Positions 30,101-42,200 of a stretch of 64,000 nt of DNA are shown in pieces (the stretch's first letter is position 1; each line of letters starts with the position of its first letter). Below the pieces are notes generated by a model, which saw nothing but the letters and a program-made list of their open reading frames with translations, did not search any database and had not been told where the DNA came from. Made by a program: the position numbers and the translations under genes. Location of the stretch: sequence record KJ019146.1; one strand, 5' to 3'.

Positions 30101-33100
30101 AAGGTCTTATCTTCGAGTGTGAGTCCTCTGGTGTAACAAACACTCGTGTATATCCTGACAATAAGGTATTCAACTATGAGGTTCTATCAGTTCAGTCTCC
30201 AACAACCTTCACTATCAATGTAGGTTCTCAGGCAGATATCCCACACACATATGTGAATGGTGGAACTGTAAGACCAGGTAACAAGTTTGATGTGGCAACC
30301 GCAACCTACAATACTGAAAATGGTATTGTTAGAGTTACTACCACTGAAGATAACTACTTGGTTCTTGGTAGAGGAGTTAACCTACAGGGTCTAAACTTCT
30401 CCTGTACCTCTGGTGGTCCTAACAACAAACCTGGAACACTAACCTTCCCCGACAAAACACCAACCAATGTAACCGCCGCCACATATGATAGTGTGACTGG
30501 TGTATTACGTATCACAACCAACAGACCTCACCAAGCATACAAGGACGCGTTTGTATCCCTAAACGGACTAACCTTCACTTGTGATCCAGGTGGTCCTCTA
30601 GTATTCCCTAGAAACCCTGATACTAAGTCCTTCAGAGTTACTAAGAGAGTTGATGACTACACATATGAGTGTCAGTTGGCACCGACCAATAAGGTTCATA
30701 CTTATCTAAGTGGTGGTACTTCCTCCACAGGAAACGGAAACTTCAGAGTTTCTCGTCTCATTGATACAAAGACCTTCGAAGTCACAATGGTTCCTCTAGA
30801 TCTACCACATACCTATGTAAATGGTGGTTCCGCCGCTAGTGTATTCACTAGACAGATCATTGATGGAATCAACATCAACACTAGGAAGTGTGCTAGAGAC
30901 GTTAGACGTATCTACCTCGCAGTGGCACACGATATCACTCGTGGTGGTAACTGGAAGTGTGTTGAAGGAGCGAAACTCTACTACGATAACGTGGGTCAAA
31001 CCAAGTTTATCTCTGGTGGTGAAGTAAATCAAACCGTTGAGGCACTTGACTTCTCCCTAAACATTGTTAGATGTTTAATCAACAACGTAACATGGGGTGG
31101 AGTTCCAAGAGGATATCTCACTAAGGGTGAGAGAAGTGAACTAAGAATTCCATCTTCAGCTAAGACTTCAGTGGTTGGTTTCAGACAACAACTACTTTCC
31201 AACCAATACACTACTCAGAAGAAGAGTATTTCTGGTATGGTATACGATAACCTTACGGGTATCGCAACCGTCACCACTAAACTCTCACATGAACTCATCA
31301 AGTATGATGGTATTCAACTCTCAGATATTGAGATGAGATGTACTGGTAGTCCAAGGATTACCACCAATGTATTCCCTGATGGAACACAAGGTGAGATCTT
31401 TGAGGTTATGGAAACTCTAGATGATAGAGTAGCATACATCGTAACTGACGCGTCATACACCAACACCACTGGTAAGTTGGTAGTAACAACAACAGGAAAC
31501 AATGATATTCCTGTTGGATCAAGAGCAAAACTAGATGGTTTACTCTGGACTTGTTCATACGATCCTTCAAAACAACTTAAGTTCCCAGAGAACAGGAAGT
31601 TCCGTTATGAGGTTATCGCAAAACCAGATGGTACAACACTAGAGTTCAATGTTGGTATCTCTACGATTCCACACACATTTGTTCCAGCTCCTATAGATGT
31701 TGAATACACAGTCAAGGAGGATCCAGTTAAGTTTAAGGTTCATGTTGGTACAGTTTCCTTCCCACACACCTACTTCGGTGGTGGAACAGTATGGCACAAA
31801 CTACCATTCACTCCACCTTTCACCCAAACACAGATCAAGGACGTATCACAACAGAAAGATCCAGTCCAGTTCTCTAACAATACTCCTAACGGATGTGCTA
31901 ATGTATTCTCCGCTATCAGTAATTGTATTGGTGTTGTTACTAGTATCGTAGCAAATGGATTAGAAGGATCAGGTATCTCCACAACTTATCCAGGTAATGA
32001 TGGTAAAGGTGTTCCAACTATGGATGAGATGCCTTCACAGGGTGTTGGTAACATTATCAAAGGTCCATACATCAGAAACTGTACGAACTTCGTTCCCAAG
32101 TCTATTGGTATGAGAATGGATGGTTTCGACGCGGAACCTGGTGATGAAATCTCCAATGGTGTTCAAGGTTCATCTAACGTTGACTCCTTCACCCAGTTCA
32201 ACCCTGGTGGTGTTGGTTGTTCCATCTCTAACGGAACCTACCAACAGTTGGTTTCTATCTTCACTATCTGTTGTGACGAAGCAATCGTATGTGACTCTGG
32301 AGCACAACTCGACCTCACTAACTCCAACTCTTCCTTCGGTAGATTGGGTCTAGTCGCAAGAGGTATTGGTGACAAACTCTCCAAGTGTATCGACAGATAT
32401 ACTGGTATCGTCGCCAAAGAGGCATCAATCGAAGATGACCTAGTTGTTGTGAAGGGTATTGGTGATAAGAGACCCTACGATGGTCAGGGTATTTTCTTCG
32501 GAGAACTCTTCAGGGATGTGGTTAGTATCGAAGTTCTGGACGGTGGTTCAGGTTACAACGATGATATTCCACCTAACGCGTTTGTCGCAGAACCTACTGG
32601 TCCCGCTGGTATTAAGGCGGAAGTTTCACCAACAGTCAGAGATGGTGTTGTTGTTTCTATCGAGGTTATCGCAAATGGTAACCAATACAGAGAGAAATTC
32701 CCTGAGGTTGTAATATCACCTCCTAAGAGTCCTCTTGGTAGAACCGCAAAAGCAAGGGCAATTACCGAACCTCTCTACTATAATGTAGAAAGTTCTTCCC
32801 CACCTGAAGAGGGTACAACTAGTATCATCTTCAAACAGCGTCTAAATAATACCGTATCGGTAGGCACAACTGTATTCTTCTCTAGATTAAGTCTACAGAT
32901 TGCCTCCTCTCACTCCTTCGAATACATTGGTGCTGGTAACAGCATTAACGGAGCAAGACCTTCTGAAGGTGGAGTTCCAATTAAGGAAAATGAGATCGTG
33001 AAGGAAGACGGTGGTTCAATTGTCTATACCTCCACTGACCAGGCAGGTAACTTTAACATTGGTGACGATTTCGTTATCAACCAGTTCACTGGTACTATCA

Positions 33101-33168
33101 CTGGTAGATCGTTCGATCAATCAGTCCTAAATAAAGTTACTCCACTCATCATCGCCCTAGACAGTTAA
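21170..33168 (+). CDS. Giant virion structural/fibre protein (about 3967 aa), shown as two ORFs (21170-25480, 25294-33168) because of a 95-nt duplication
   Basis: Fibre-type N-terminus (KIKFKRSGVAGRRP...LGELGINYNDGKLF); same repeat families in both halves; removing one duplicate copy gives 11904 nt = 3968 codons in one frame. Confidence 0.85.
25199..25388 (+). repeat. Exact 95-nt tandem duplication (25199-25293 / 25294-25388)
   Basis: Two identical adjacent copies of atgtttgtgggtatc...cccaaccaggc. Confidence 0.97.
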
Positions 33169-33172
33169 GATC

Positions 33173-33523
33173 ATGGCAGCAGTTGCTTTAAATACGTTCA
33201 AAACGGTCAGGCATTTAGTTTCTGATTCCAATGTGGGGATTTATACATCCCCCATTGGTGTTGCCTCTATTGTCCTATACGCTCAGGCGACACACGTTGC
33301 GAACGATGAAAGTGTATATTTCATTAACTTTTCACATGCTCGTCCCGACGAGGATCCTGTGCAGTTTGAAATCATTAAGGATGGTCCAGTTATCCCTAAT
33401 GACGCACTAAACCTATTAACAGGTAGATTAGTTCTCGAAACTGGAGACGAACTTAGAGTATCAGGAAATACGACCGGAGATGTGAAGGTTGTTGTTTCTA
33501 TTCTAGAGACTGCAAAGTCTTAA
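33173..33523 (+). CDS. Small virion structural protein
   Basis: Beta-rich, LVLETGDELRVSG...VVVSILET ending; lies between giant structural genes. Confidence 0.7.
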   Translation: MAAVALNTFKTVRHLVSDSNVGIYTSPIGVASIVLYAQATHVANDESVYFINFSHARPDEDPVQFEIIKDGPVIPNDALNLLTGRLVLETGDELRVSGNTTGDVKVVVSILETAKS

Positions 33524-33555
33524 TAGCATAACACACACACCCAAAGCGTAGACCA

Positions 33556-36500
33556 ATGCCTCTAAATTATCTTACCGGAAGAGTAAGTAGATTACAAGTT
33601 GGATTTCCAGGGTTTTCAACAGCAAAGGACCTTACAGTTGATGTAGCAGGTGCCATTGGTATTGATACCCAAAACCCAAGAGCAGCTGCCGACTTCCCAG
33701 ATGTCAGTATCCGTGGTGATATTGTTGACTCTGTTGGATTTACCGGTGGTATTGGGTATTTTCTAGCGCAAGATGTTCAGGGTGTTCGGTGGGTAGAGGC
33801 TCCACCTATCAACTCTAATGCCATCTTAGTGTTAGACAATGGAGTTATCGTTGGTGCTGGATCATTCATTGGTCTAAACTTTGACTCTGGTAAGGATGAG
33901 GACTTCCTCTCGGTTGTTCCTGACCCACTAAACCCACAGATTGCAAAGATTGCATATGATGTTCGTTGGGTAAGATATAATTACGGTAATAATAAAGGTA
34001 TCTCCACAGGTTTTGGAGATAATGGTGACTACTCCTCAATCCCTGGTTATGGAACCACAGAGGCAGTTGGTGTTACCTCAGTTGGTATTGGTACTAACCA
34101 ACCACTAGATGACTTCCAAGTTGGTATTGGATCTACTGGTGTTACTATCAACGGACCTCTAGGTCTAGTTGATGCAGAAATTATTAAAGCAAAATCAATC
34201 TCGGTTGAAGGAAACCTAGAGGTTGAATCACTTATTGTTAGACCTGGTGTTGCCACTCTAACCACTCTAGATGTATTGAACGAGGCGTTCATACCAGTAG
34301 AGTATGTTGGTTTCTCCAGCATTCAAGATGCAAATATTGATGCTCTCTTTGCTAATCAGTTACTAGCAGGTATTACTACCCTAGGTTTCGGTGGTGAAGA
34401 TGTATTCATCCTCAACGACTTATATGTTCAGGGTGGTTTAGGTACCTTCGATGGCGACGTATTCGTTGGTGGAGACCTAACTGTTAAGGGTGAGACGTTC
34501 TTCAACCAGATTAACGCAGTCAACTTATCAGTATCTGGTATTGCCACTATCGTCCAAGCGGAGATAGCTGTTGGTTTAGTTACCGATCTAAAAGTATCTG
34601 GTTTCTCTACACTATCAGATTTCTCATTCAACATTGGTGTTGGTACATACCTAGAACTAGAAGATCTAGATGTATCTGGTGTTGGTAGTTTTGGTGTTGT
34701 CAACTCTGGTGATATTAATGTTAGTGGTGGTTTAACCGCTAGTGAGATTGATGCAGATAAGGGATACATTGGTATTCTCACAGCAGACTCTATTGTATCT
34801 GGTGCAGGTACTATTGGTTCTATCGAGTCTGATGGGAACCTAACAACACTTAATGATATTATTGTTGGTGGTGCTTCAACCTTCGTTGGTTTGGGTACTT
34901 TCCAAGACGATCTCTTTGTTGGTGGTGACCTCTTTGTTAGAGGTGATGTTACCTTTAAGAATATTAATGGTGAACAACTACTAATCAGTGGTATTGGTAC
35001 CATCAAGGAACTAGTCTTTGATAGTGGTATTGGAACCTCACTAGAAGTGAGAGATCAGATTACGACTGGTATATCTACGATCAATGAAGCAGATATTCAA
35101 GATGCCGCTGTTGAGAGACTCACTGTTGGTGATGCAGAGATCATCGGTATCGCAACTATTACCGAGATTGATGTAGATAGAGGTAGAGTTGGTATCCTAA
35201 CTGGTACAGACCTCTCCTATGCTGGTATCGGTACTATCACGGAGATTGATGTTGACCAGGGTAGAGTTGGTCTAGTCACTGGTGACACACTACTATACTA
35301 CGAACAGTCTAGGATCAATAGAGTTACCTTCTTTGATAACTACCTATCAGTTAATCAGAGTCTAAGAGTTTCTGGTCTCTCCACCTTTGTTGGAACAGGT
35401 ACATTCTTCAATGACTTGTATGTTGGTGGTGACCTATATGTTGCTGGTGAACTAAACTTCAAACAACTCAATGGTGAGAACCTATACCTAACTGGTGTTG
35501 GTACCATCTATGATTTACGTAACACTGTTGGTTTCATTACTAACCTCTACGTAGAAGAGTCTGTAACTGGTTTAGCAACCATCAGTAGTCTAGTTGGTTC
35601 TTCCGCTACCATCACAGACTTCACTGGACAGTCACTACTCATCCAGAATCCATTCAACCCAATGCCTTTGGATCCAACTGGGATCCCAGGACAGGGTGTT
35701 ATTGATAGTCTCCTAGTTAGAAACCTAACTTCTTCTAACAACATTCTAGCCAATGACATTGATGCCAACTTCGTTGACACCGATGATCTAAAGGCTGGTG
35801 TTGGTACTATCACTGACCTAGAGTGGACTACCGCTGTTGGTGATGACACTACTACCAATACTCTACAGGTTACTGATACAGCAACCATTAACATCATCGA
35901 TGCCAATCAGATCGATGCCGAAGATGCCAACATTGGAGTTGCCACCCTCTCTAGTCTCCTAGTAACTGGTGTCACTACCTTCAAGGGTCAGGTTGATATT
36001 GAGGATATTGAGTTCGTTGACCAGAGTGTCACCGGTATTTCCTCCATCAACATTCTCAAGTTTAATGTTGGTTATGGAACTTACCTAGAGGTCACTGACT
36101 CAGTAACTGGTGTTGGAACTATTGGTCTTGCCAGTATCACAACCGCTCAGGTATCCTTCCTAGATGTAAGAGATGAGGTAGTTGGAGCATCCACTATTGG
36201 TGTTCTATCAGTAACTGAAGGATTTGCAGTATCTGGTTTCTCCACCTTTGTTGGTTTCACTACCTATAAAGGAGATGTATTTGTTGATGGTAACTTAACT
36301 GTTACTGGTTTCGTTAGTTTCACACAACTAAACGCTGATCAATCACAGATTGGTATCCTAACTGTATTCGATGCGTTAGACGCTAGAACGGGTGTTGGTA
36401 CATTCAAACACCTAGAGACAGTAGATAGTGCAGTTCTATCAGGTGTATCTACCATTGGACTCACAACCTTCAAGAATGGTGATGTTAATATTAACCGCAA

Positions 36501-39162
36501 CCTAACAGTTGGTGGTATCACTACCTTCATTGGTAATGTTTTCATTGAAGATACTGAGTTTGTAGAACTAAGTGTTACCAATCAGGCTAACATTAACAAA
36601 CTATTTGTAAACTCTGGTGTTGCAACTCAGTTCAGTATCGGTGTTGCCACTATCACCCAGTCACTAACAGGTATCGCCACTATTGGTGACCTCAATGTAA
36701 CTGGTCTTTCTACCTTCGTTGGTCTCGCTACCTTCAAGGGTGACGTTAGTATTGATAGTTACCTAGAAGTATCTAAGGATGTTGTAGTTGGTTCAGCACT
36801 AACAGTTCCTAACCTTACATTCACTGATGGTGATGGACAGTTCCTCAATATTCAGGAAGAGGTTGTTGGTGTATCCACTATTGGTTTCGCTAGTATTACA
36901 GATGAGATAGTAGGAACTTCCACTATCTTTAGATCCAATATTCGTGACCTAGCAGTATCCGGTCTCTCCACCTTTATTGGTGATGTGTTGATGGGTTCCA
37001 ACCTAGATGTGGTTGGTGATATATCTGGAACTAATATATCAATTGCACAATCAGTAACTTCTGACACCCTATTCACTAGGTTTGCTGATATTGAGGGATC
37101 CAATACTGGTGTTGCTACTATTGGTTTCGCCACTATAACCGAACTCTTCACTGAGGATCTAACGGTTGTAGGAACCTCCACCTTCGTTGGTTTCACAACG
37201 ATGACGGGAGACCTAAACATTGAGGGTAACCTTAATGTAACTGGTGTTGTTACCTTCCAACAGTTAGACGCAACTCAGTCACAGATTGGTATCCTAACGG
37301 TATTCAACTACCTAGACAACCAAGGAGACCTAAGAGTAGTTGGTTTCTCCACACTCGGTGACTTCTCAGCCAACTCCGGTATCCTTACCAGTATTGAATC
37401 TGGTGAGATTGATGTAACCGGTGATGTTTCTATCGGTGGAACACTAGGTGTTGCCGGTGAAGTTGGTTTCTCCAGTAACTTCTATACCGTTGGTATTACT
37501 ACCCTCGCTTCTGGAACTGGTATTGTTACTACTGGTGGTGACCTCTATGTTGGTGGTAACCTATTCGTATATAACGATATTGTATATGATGAAATCATTG
37601 GTCGTAACCTAGACATTAGTGGTATTGGTACTATCGCAGACCTCAGAGTGGGTCTTGGTAGTATCGCAGACCTTAGAGGTACAACACTCAGGTATCAGAC
37701 TGGTATTATTACTTCACTCAGAGCAGAAGATTCTGAAGTTGGAAGACACATTGGTACTTCAGTTGTTGTAGAGAACATAACTGCTACTGGTCCTTCTACT
37801 TTCGTTGGTGTTGTTACTACTACTAACGAACTCTTTGTTGGAACTAACCTATTCGTAGGTAACAACGCAGATATCCAAGGTGATATCTTCGGTAGAAACC
37901 TAACACTCGAACTAAACGCCTCTGGTACTACACTAGACTTTGATTCAGGTCAGATCGATGACCTTATCTCACAGTATATACTCTCTGATGACTTGTTTGT
38001 CACTGGTATTACTACTTCAGTTGCGGCACAAATCAACTTCCTGAATGTATCTGGTGTAACTACTTCACCTATCATTAACTCCACACTACTAACCAACTCT
38101 GGTTTAGTTACAACTGGTAGTCTATATGTTCAGGGTCTAGCACAGGTAGAAACAACTCTACTTGTAGATGGTAACTCCATCTTCAATGGTCCAGCACTCT
38201 TCAATGATACAGTTACAGTCAATGACGACATTAATGTAACAGGTGATATCACCTTCAACGATATCAGTGGTATTAATGGTAACTTCGCTGGTATTGTTAC
38301 CGCAACGAAACTCAAGTCTAACTTCCTAGAGGTTAATGGTCAAACAGCCATTACTGGTTTAGCAACCTTCTTCAGTGGATTGAATGTAAGAGGTGGTCCT
38401 CTAGTAGTAGATAATCAGATCTTCGCTAACTCTGGTTTCGTTACTACCATTCAGGGTACTGACTTAACATATACTGATGGTATTTTCTTAGGTGATCTAC
38501 AGGTCAATAAGGATACAACCATCAACCAGAACCTAAGAGTTGTTGGTATCACTACCTCAACCAACTTAGATGTATCAGCACAAACTGAAACCTCACTACT
38601 AAGTGTAACGGGTGTAGGTACTATTCCAATCTTATACTCCACCAATGGTGAGTTTAAGACTTCACTCAAGACGGATCAACTCTTCTTTAATACTGGTTTA
38701 GGTACATACCTCAGTGTTACTGATCTAAATGTTGTTGGTGTTGCTACTATCCCAACACTAGACATTGAATTCCTAGAAGCTGACAGAGCTGAAATTGGTA
38801 TTCTAACCGTCACAAATAGAACTGATATCAGTGATACTTCCAGTATCTTTAGTTACAGACTAACTACATCTGGATCAGCCACCAACGTAACTCTCTACGA
38901 CTCCTCAGTTTATAGAAGTTTCGAGGCAAATATCCAAGTATCCACTGGTAGTAGTTTCCAATCTAGTAAGATGCATGGTTTGAGTGATGATAACTCTACA
39001 CCAAATGTACTCTTCAATGAAACTTCCTACCTCTCTAATGGTGGTGAGTTGGCTGAGTTTGATGTATCAGGTTCCGCTGGTAACAATGTTATCCTAACAG
39101 TTACTCCATATACAGTTGGAATTACAACCTATATACTTTCAGTAACCGCGGTAAGGGTCTAA
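33556..39162 (+). CDS. Giant fibre-like protein with GISTF/GLSTF beta-repeats (1868 aa)
   Basis: Recurrent (V)SG(I/L)STFVG..TF..DL.VGG.L.V repeats; G/T/S/V-rich. Confidence 0.8.
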   Translation: MPLNYLTGRVSRLQVGFPGFSTAKDLTVDVAGAIGIDTQNPRAAADFPDVSIRGDIVDSVGFTGGIGYFLAQDVQGVRWVEAPPINSNAILVLDNGVIVGAGSFIGLNFDSGKDEDFLSVVPDPLNPQIAKIAYDVRWVRYNYGNNKGISTGFGDNGDYSSIPGYGTTEAVGVTSVGIGTNQPLDDFQVGIGSTGVTINGPLGLVDAEIIKAKSISVEGNLEVESLIVRPGVATLTTLDVLNEAFIPVEYVGFSSIQDANIDALFANQLLAGITTLGFGGEDVFILNDLYVQGGLGTFDGDVFVGGDLTVKGETFFNQINAVNLSVSGIATIVQAEIAVGLVTDLKVSGFSTLSDFSFNIGVGTYLELEDLDVSGVGSFGVVNSGDINVSGGLTASEIDADKGYIGILTADSIVSGAGTIGSIESDGNLTTLNDIIVGGASTFVGLGTFQDDLFVGGDLFVRGDVTFKNINGEQLLISGIGTIKELVFDSGIGTSLEVRDQITTGISTINEADIQDAAVERLTVGDAEIIGIATITEIDVDRGRVGILTGTDLSYAGIGTITEIDVDQGRVGLVTGDTLLYYEQSRINRVTFFDNYLSVNQSLRVSGLSTFVGTGTFFNDLYVGGDLYVAGELNFKQLNGENLYLTGVGTIYDLRNTVGFITNLYVEESVTGLATISSLVGSSATITDFTGQSLLIQNPFNPMPLDPTGIPGQGVIDSLLVRNLTSSNNILANDIDANFVDTDDLKAGVGTITDLEWTTAVGDDTTTNTLQVTDTATINIIDANQIDAEDANIGVATLSSLLVTGVTTFKGQVDIEDIEFVDQSVTGISSINILKFNVGYGTYLEVTDSVTGVGTIGLASITTAQVSFLDVRDEVVGASTIGVLSVTEGFAVSGFSTFVGFTTYKGDVFVDGNLTVTGFVSFTQLNADQSQIGILTVFDALDARTGVGTFKHLETVDSAVLSGVSTIGLTTFKNGDVNINRNLTVGGITTFIGNVFIEDTEFVELSVTNQANINKLFVNSGVATQFSIGVATITQSLTGIATIGDLNVTGLSTFVGLATFKGDVSIDSYLEVSKDVVVGSALTVPNLTFTDGDGQFLNIQEEVVGVSTIGFASITDEIVGTSTIFRSNIRDLAVSGLSTFIGDVLMGSNLDVVGDISGTNISIAQSVTSDTLFTRFADIEGSNTGVATIGFATITELFTEDLTVVGTSTFVGFTTMTGDLNIEGNLNVTGVVTFQQLDATQSQIGILTVFNYLDNQGDLRVVGFSTLGDFSANSGILTSIESGEIDVTGDVSIGGTLGVAGEVGFSSNFYTVGITTLASGTGIVTTGGDLYVGGNLFVYNDIVYDEIIGRNLDISGIGTIADLRVGLGSIADLRGTTLRYQTGIITSLRAEDSEVGRHIGTSVVVENITATGPSTFVGVVTTTNELFVGTNLFVGNNADIQGDIFGRNLTLELNASGTTLDFDSGQIDDLISQYILSDDLFVTGITTSVAAQINFLNVSGVTTSPIINSTLLTNSGLVTTGSLYVQGLAQVETTLLVDGNSIFNGPALFNDTVTVNDDINVTGDITFNDISGINGNFAGIVTATKLKSNFLEVNGQTAITGLATFFSGLNVRGGPLVVDNQIFANSGFVTTIQGTDLTYTDGIFLGDLQVNKDTTINQNLRVVGITTSTNLDVSAQTETSLLSVTGVGTIPILYSTNGEFKTSLKTDQLFFNTGLGTYLSVTDLNVVGVATIPTLDIEFLEADRAEIGILTVTNRTDISDTSSIFSYRLTTSGSATNVTLYDSSVYRSFEANIQVSTGSSFQSSKMHGLSDDNSTPNVLFNETSYLSNGGELAEFDVSGSAGNNVILTVTPYTVGITTYILSVTAVRV

Positions 39163-39182
39163 AACACCTCTCCCACTCCCTC

Positions 39183-39190
39183 TATAAATA
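39183..39190 (+). promoter_or_regulatory. T4-type late promoter
   Basis: TATAAATA upstream of GTG 39234. Confidence 0.75.
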
Positions 39191-39233
39191 TCTGTATATC
39201 TAACACTGCAGATTATAGGGGGAATGTGAACCC

Positions 39234-42200
39234 GTGGCGAATCAGAATTTTCGTGTCAAAAAAGGTATAGAAGTTGGCTTAGGTGCCACTTTTCTATACG
39301 CAGACGACAGTGGAGTTGGCATTAATAGTGCTAGCCCACGATCAAACCTAGACGTTCGAGGTAGATCCCAAACAGAGGAACTACTGGTAGACAACTATGC
39401 AGAGGTGCAAGGACCCTCTACATTCGTTGGACTAGGTACCTTTGGGGGTGATCTATATGTTGGGAATGATCTATATGTAAAGGGCAACCTATCATTCACC
39501 AGTTTTGAATCTGAGACTGGTAATGTAACAGGTGTTCTTACCACAAGAGACTTTAATGTAACCGGATTATCTACGTTTGCGGGAGACGCCACCTTCCAAA
39601 GTGACGTAAATATCTCTGGTGCTTCTTCAATTACTGGAAACTTAGTAGTTTCTGGTGCCTCTACGCTCACAGGTATCGTCACAACTGGCGATGACCTCTA
39701 TGTGGGTGGTAGTTTATATGTATTCAATGATATCTTCTATGATGAGATTACTGGTAGAAACCTCAGTATCTCTGGTATTGCCACACTCAGACAGTTAGAA
39801 ATCCAACAGGACCTAGAAGTTGCAGGTCTCTCCACATTTGTTGGTTTAGTATCGTTCAGAGATGCAGTAGGTACAAACCTAACAGTTTATAATCTTTCCG
39901 CCAATACTGGTAACTTCGTAGAGATTAACGTCGATGGTGGAGGAGGCGGCGGTGGCGGTACTGGTATCGATAGTACCTCCGTCAATACCGAGTTCTTAAA
40001 CGTCACTGGTGTTGCAACATTTAACAATGGTATTGCCACCAACTTCAGTGCAGAGTTTATTGACGCTGGTGTAACCACAACTACCGACCTCCACTTCACT
40101 AATGGTTACGGTGTCAATCTCAATATGAGTGGCATCACAACTGTTGGTATTCTAACAGTCTATGAGAATATCTATGACTCTAGAAACCAAGTTGGTTATG
40201 GTGACTCACTACTAGTCACACAGGGTGGGAAACTAGTGTGGACTAGACCTGATATTGCAGGTATTGCCACTTCATTCCAACCAGGTTCTACCTTCTATGT
40301 AAGTGAGAATGGTAGTAATACCAATGATGGTAGAAGTCCAGAGAAAGCATGGAGCTCTATTGCATATGCCGTATCACAGATTGGAGATACTTCTCACGAT
40401 ATTCTAGAGGTTACTGCTGGTGAATACACAGAAACCTTCCCTATCACAGTCCCTAAAGGTCTAACCATTTCTTGTGCTGGACAAAGGGCAACCATTGTCA
40501 GACCGTCACAGGCAACCGAAACCAATGATGGTTTCCTACTAAACGATAGATCCACTATCCATAACATCACAGTTACTGGATTCTACAAACCACAAGGTTC
40601 TATCAACTACGCCTTCAAGTTTAGTGTTGGAGCAGCAATCACCAGTAGAAGTCCTTATGTTGATAAGGTCACGGTCATCAACAAAGGTACTCAGACAAGT
40701 GCCAGTGACCCATATGGTTATGGTTCAGCTGACTCCTACCCAACCACAGCACCTGGTGGTGCTGGTGTTTTAGTTGATGGTAGTGTAGTTGCAACCAACT
40801 CACTAGAAGCAGCAATTCTCCTCAATGAGGTTACACTATTCACTGCTGGCAACCAAGGTATTAAGATTACCAATGGTGGTAGAGTAGAGTGGTTGAATGG
40901 TTTCATCTACTTCGCTTCTGAAGCACTTGTAGGTCTTAGTGATAAGACTACTGGTTTAGCGGGTGCTGGTAAGGCAAGACTAACCCTAGAGAACGCCTCT
41001 GGTGGATTGGTTGGTGGTAATACCGTTCAATACTATGATAGTGATGGAACCACAGTTCTTGCTTCTGGTACCATTGATAATGTATCTGGTAGTTATGTAA
41101 CACTAACCAACGCTGGTGTTGGTACATTCACAACTCCTAGAAATAGAACAGCCAAGAAGGTTGACTTTGTTAATGGAGCACAACTATCCACAGCACAGGC
41201 AAGGTTCGGTACATCCTCACTAGATGTAACTGGTGCCGGAACTGATAACATCACAGTTGATTCCACTTCAGACTTTGGGTTTGGAACTGGAGACTTCACC
41301 GTTGAATTCTGGATATACAGAACTGGTAATATTAATGGTAAGGTAATCTGTGACTTCAGAGATACCGCCGCTACAGATCAAGCAATTACTATCCAAGGTG
41401 ATGGTGGTAATGAGACTGATGTTTATATTGGTACTACATCCGTTGTCACTGGTACAGTTCCTACCACACTGAATGCTTGGAACCATATCGCTGTTTGTAG
41501 AGTTGGTTCTACCATCACTCAGTATATTGATGGTGCTGTTTCTGGTAGTGGAACTGCTGCTACTGATCTAGGTGTTGCTAGACAACTAACCTTTGGTGAT
41601 AGGTACGACAATAGTAACAACGGTCCTACAGCATACCTAGATGAACTTCGTGTCACTAAGGGGGCAGCAAAATACACAGGAGCATTCACTTCACCTTCAG
41701 TAGCACTCACAGGTGATAAGGATACTTCTATCCTACTACACTTTGATGGTATCAATGGAGCAACCTCCACTACAGATGATATCATTGTCCTCCAGGATAT
41801 TCGTATCACTGGTGGTAACACAGCAGATAAAGTTACCCTAGCAGACTACAGTCAGTTTGGTGCTGACCTCAGGTCTATCGCTTGTGCCATTGAATATGGT
41901 AACCAGGGTATGATTGGTGATGGTGATGGAGTAACTCTCCGTGCTATCTCTATCAACTTCAACCATGTAGGTGCTCTTGGTGATATCACTAACGATCCTA
42001 ACCTAGCGATTCAATCGAACGAGGTTATCGAACTCAATGGTGGTCAAGTATCCTATGTAAGTATTGACCAGAAGGGTGACTTCAGAGTTGGTGAAGCATT
42101 CTATGTGAATCAGGAGACTGGTGAAGTATCCTTTACAGATACTGTAACAGACCTAACTGCTTTATCCTCACTCACTATTACTGATGGTACTAATAGTAGT

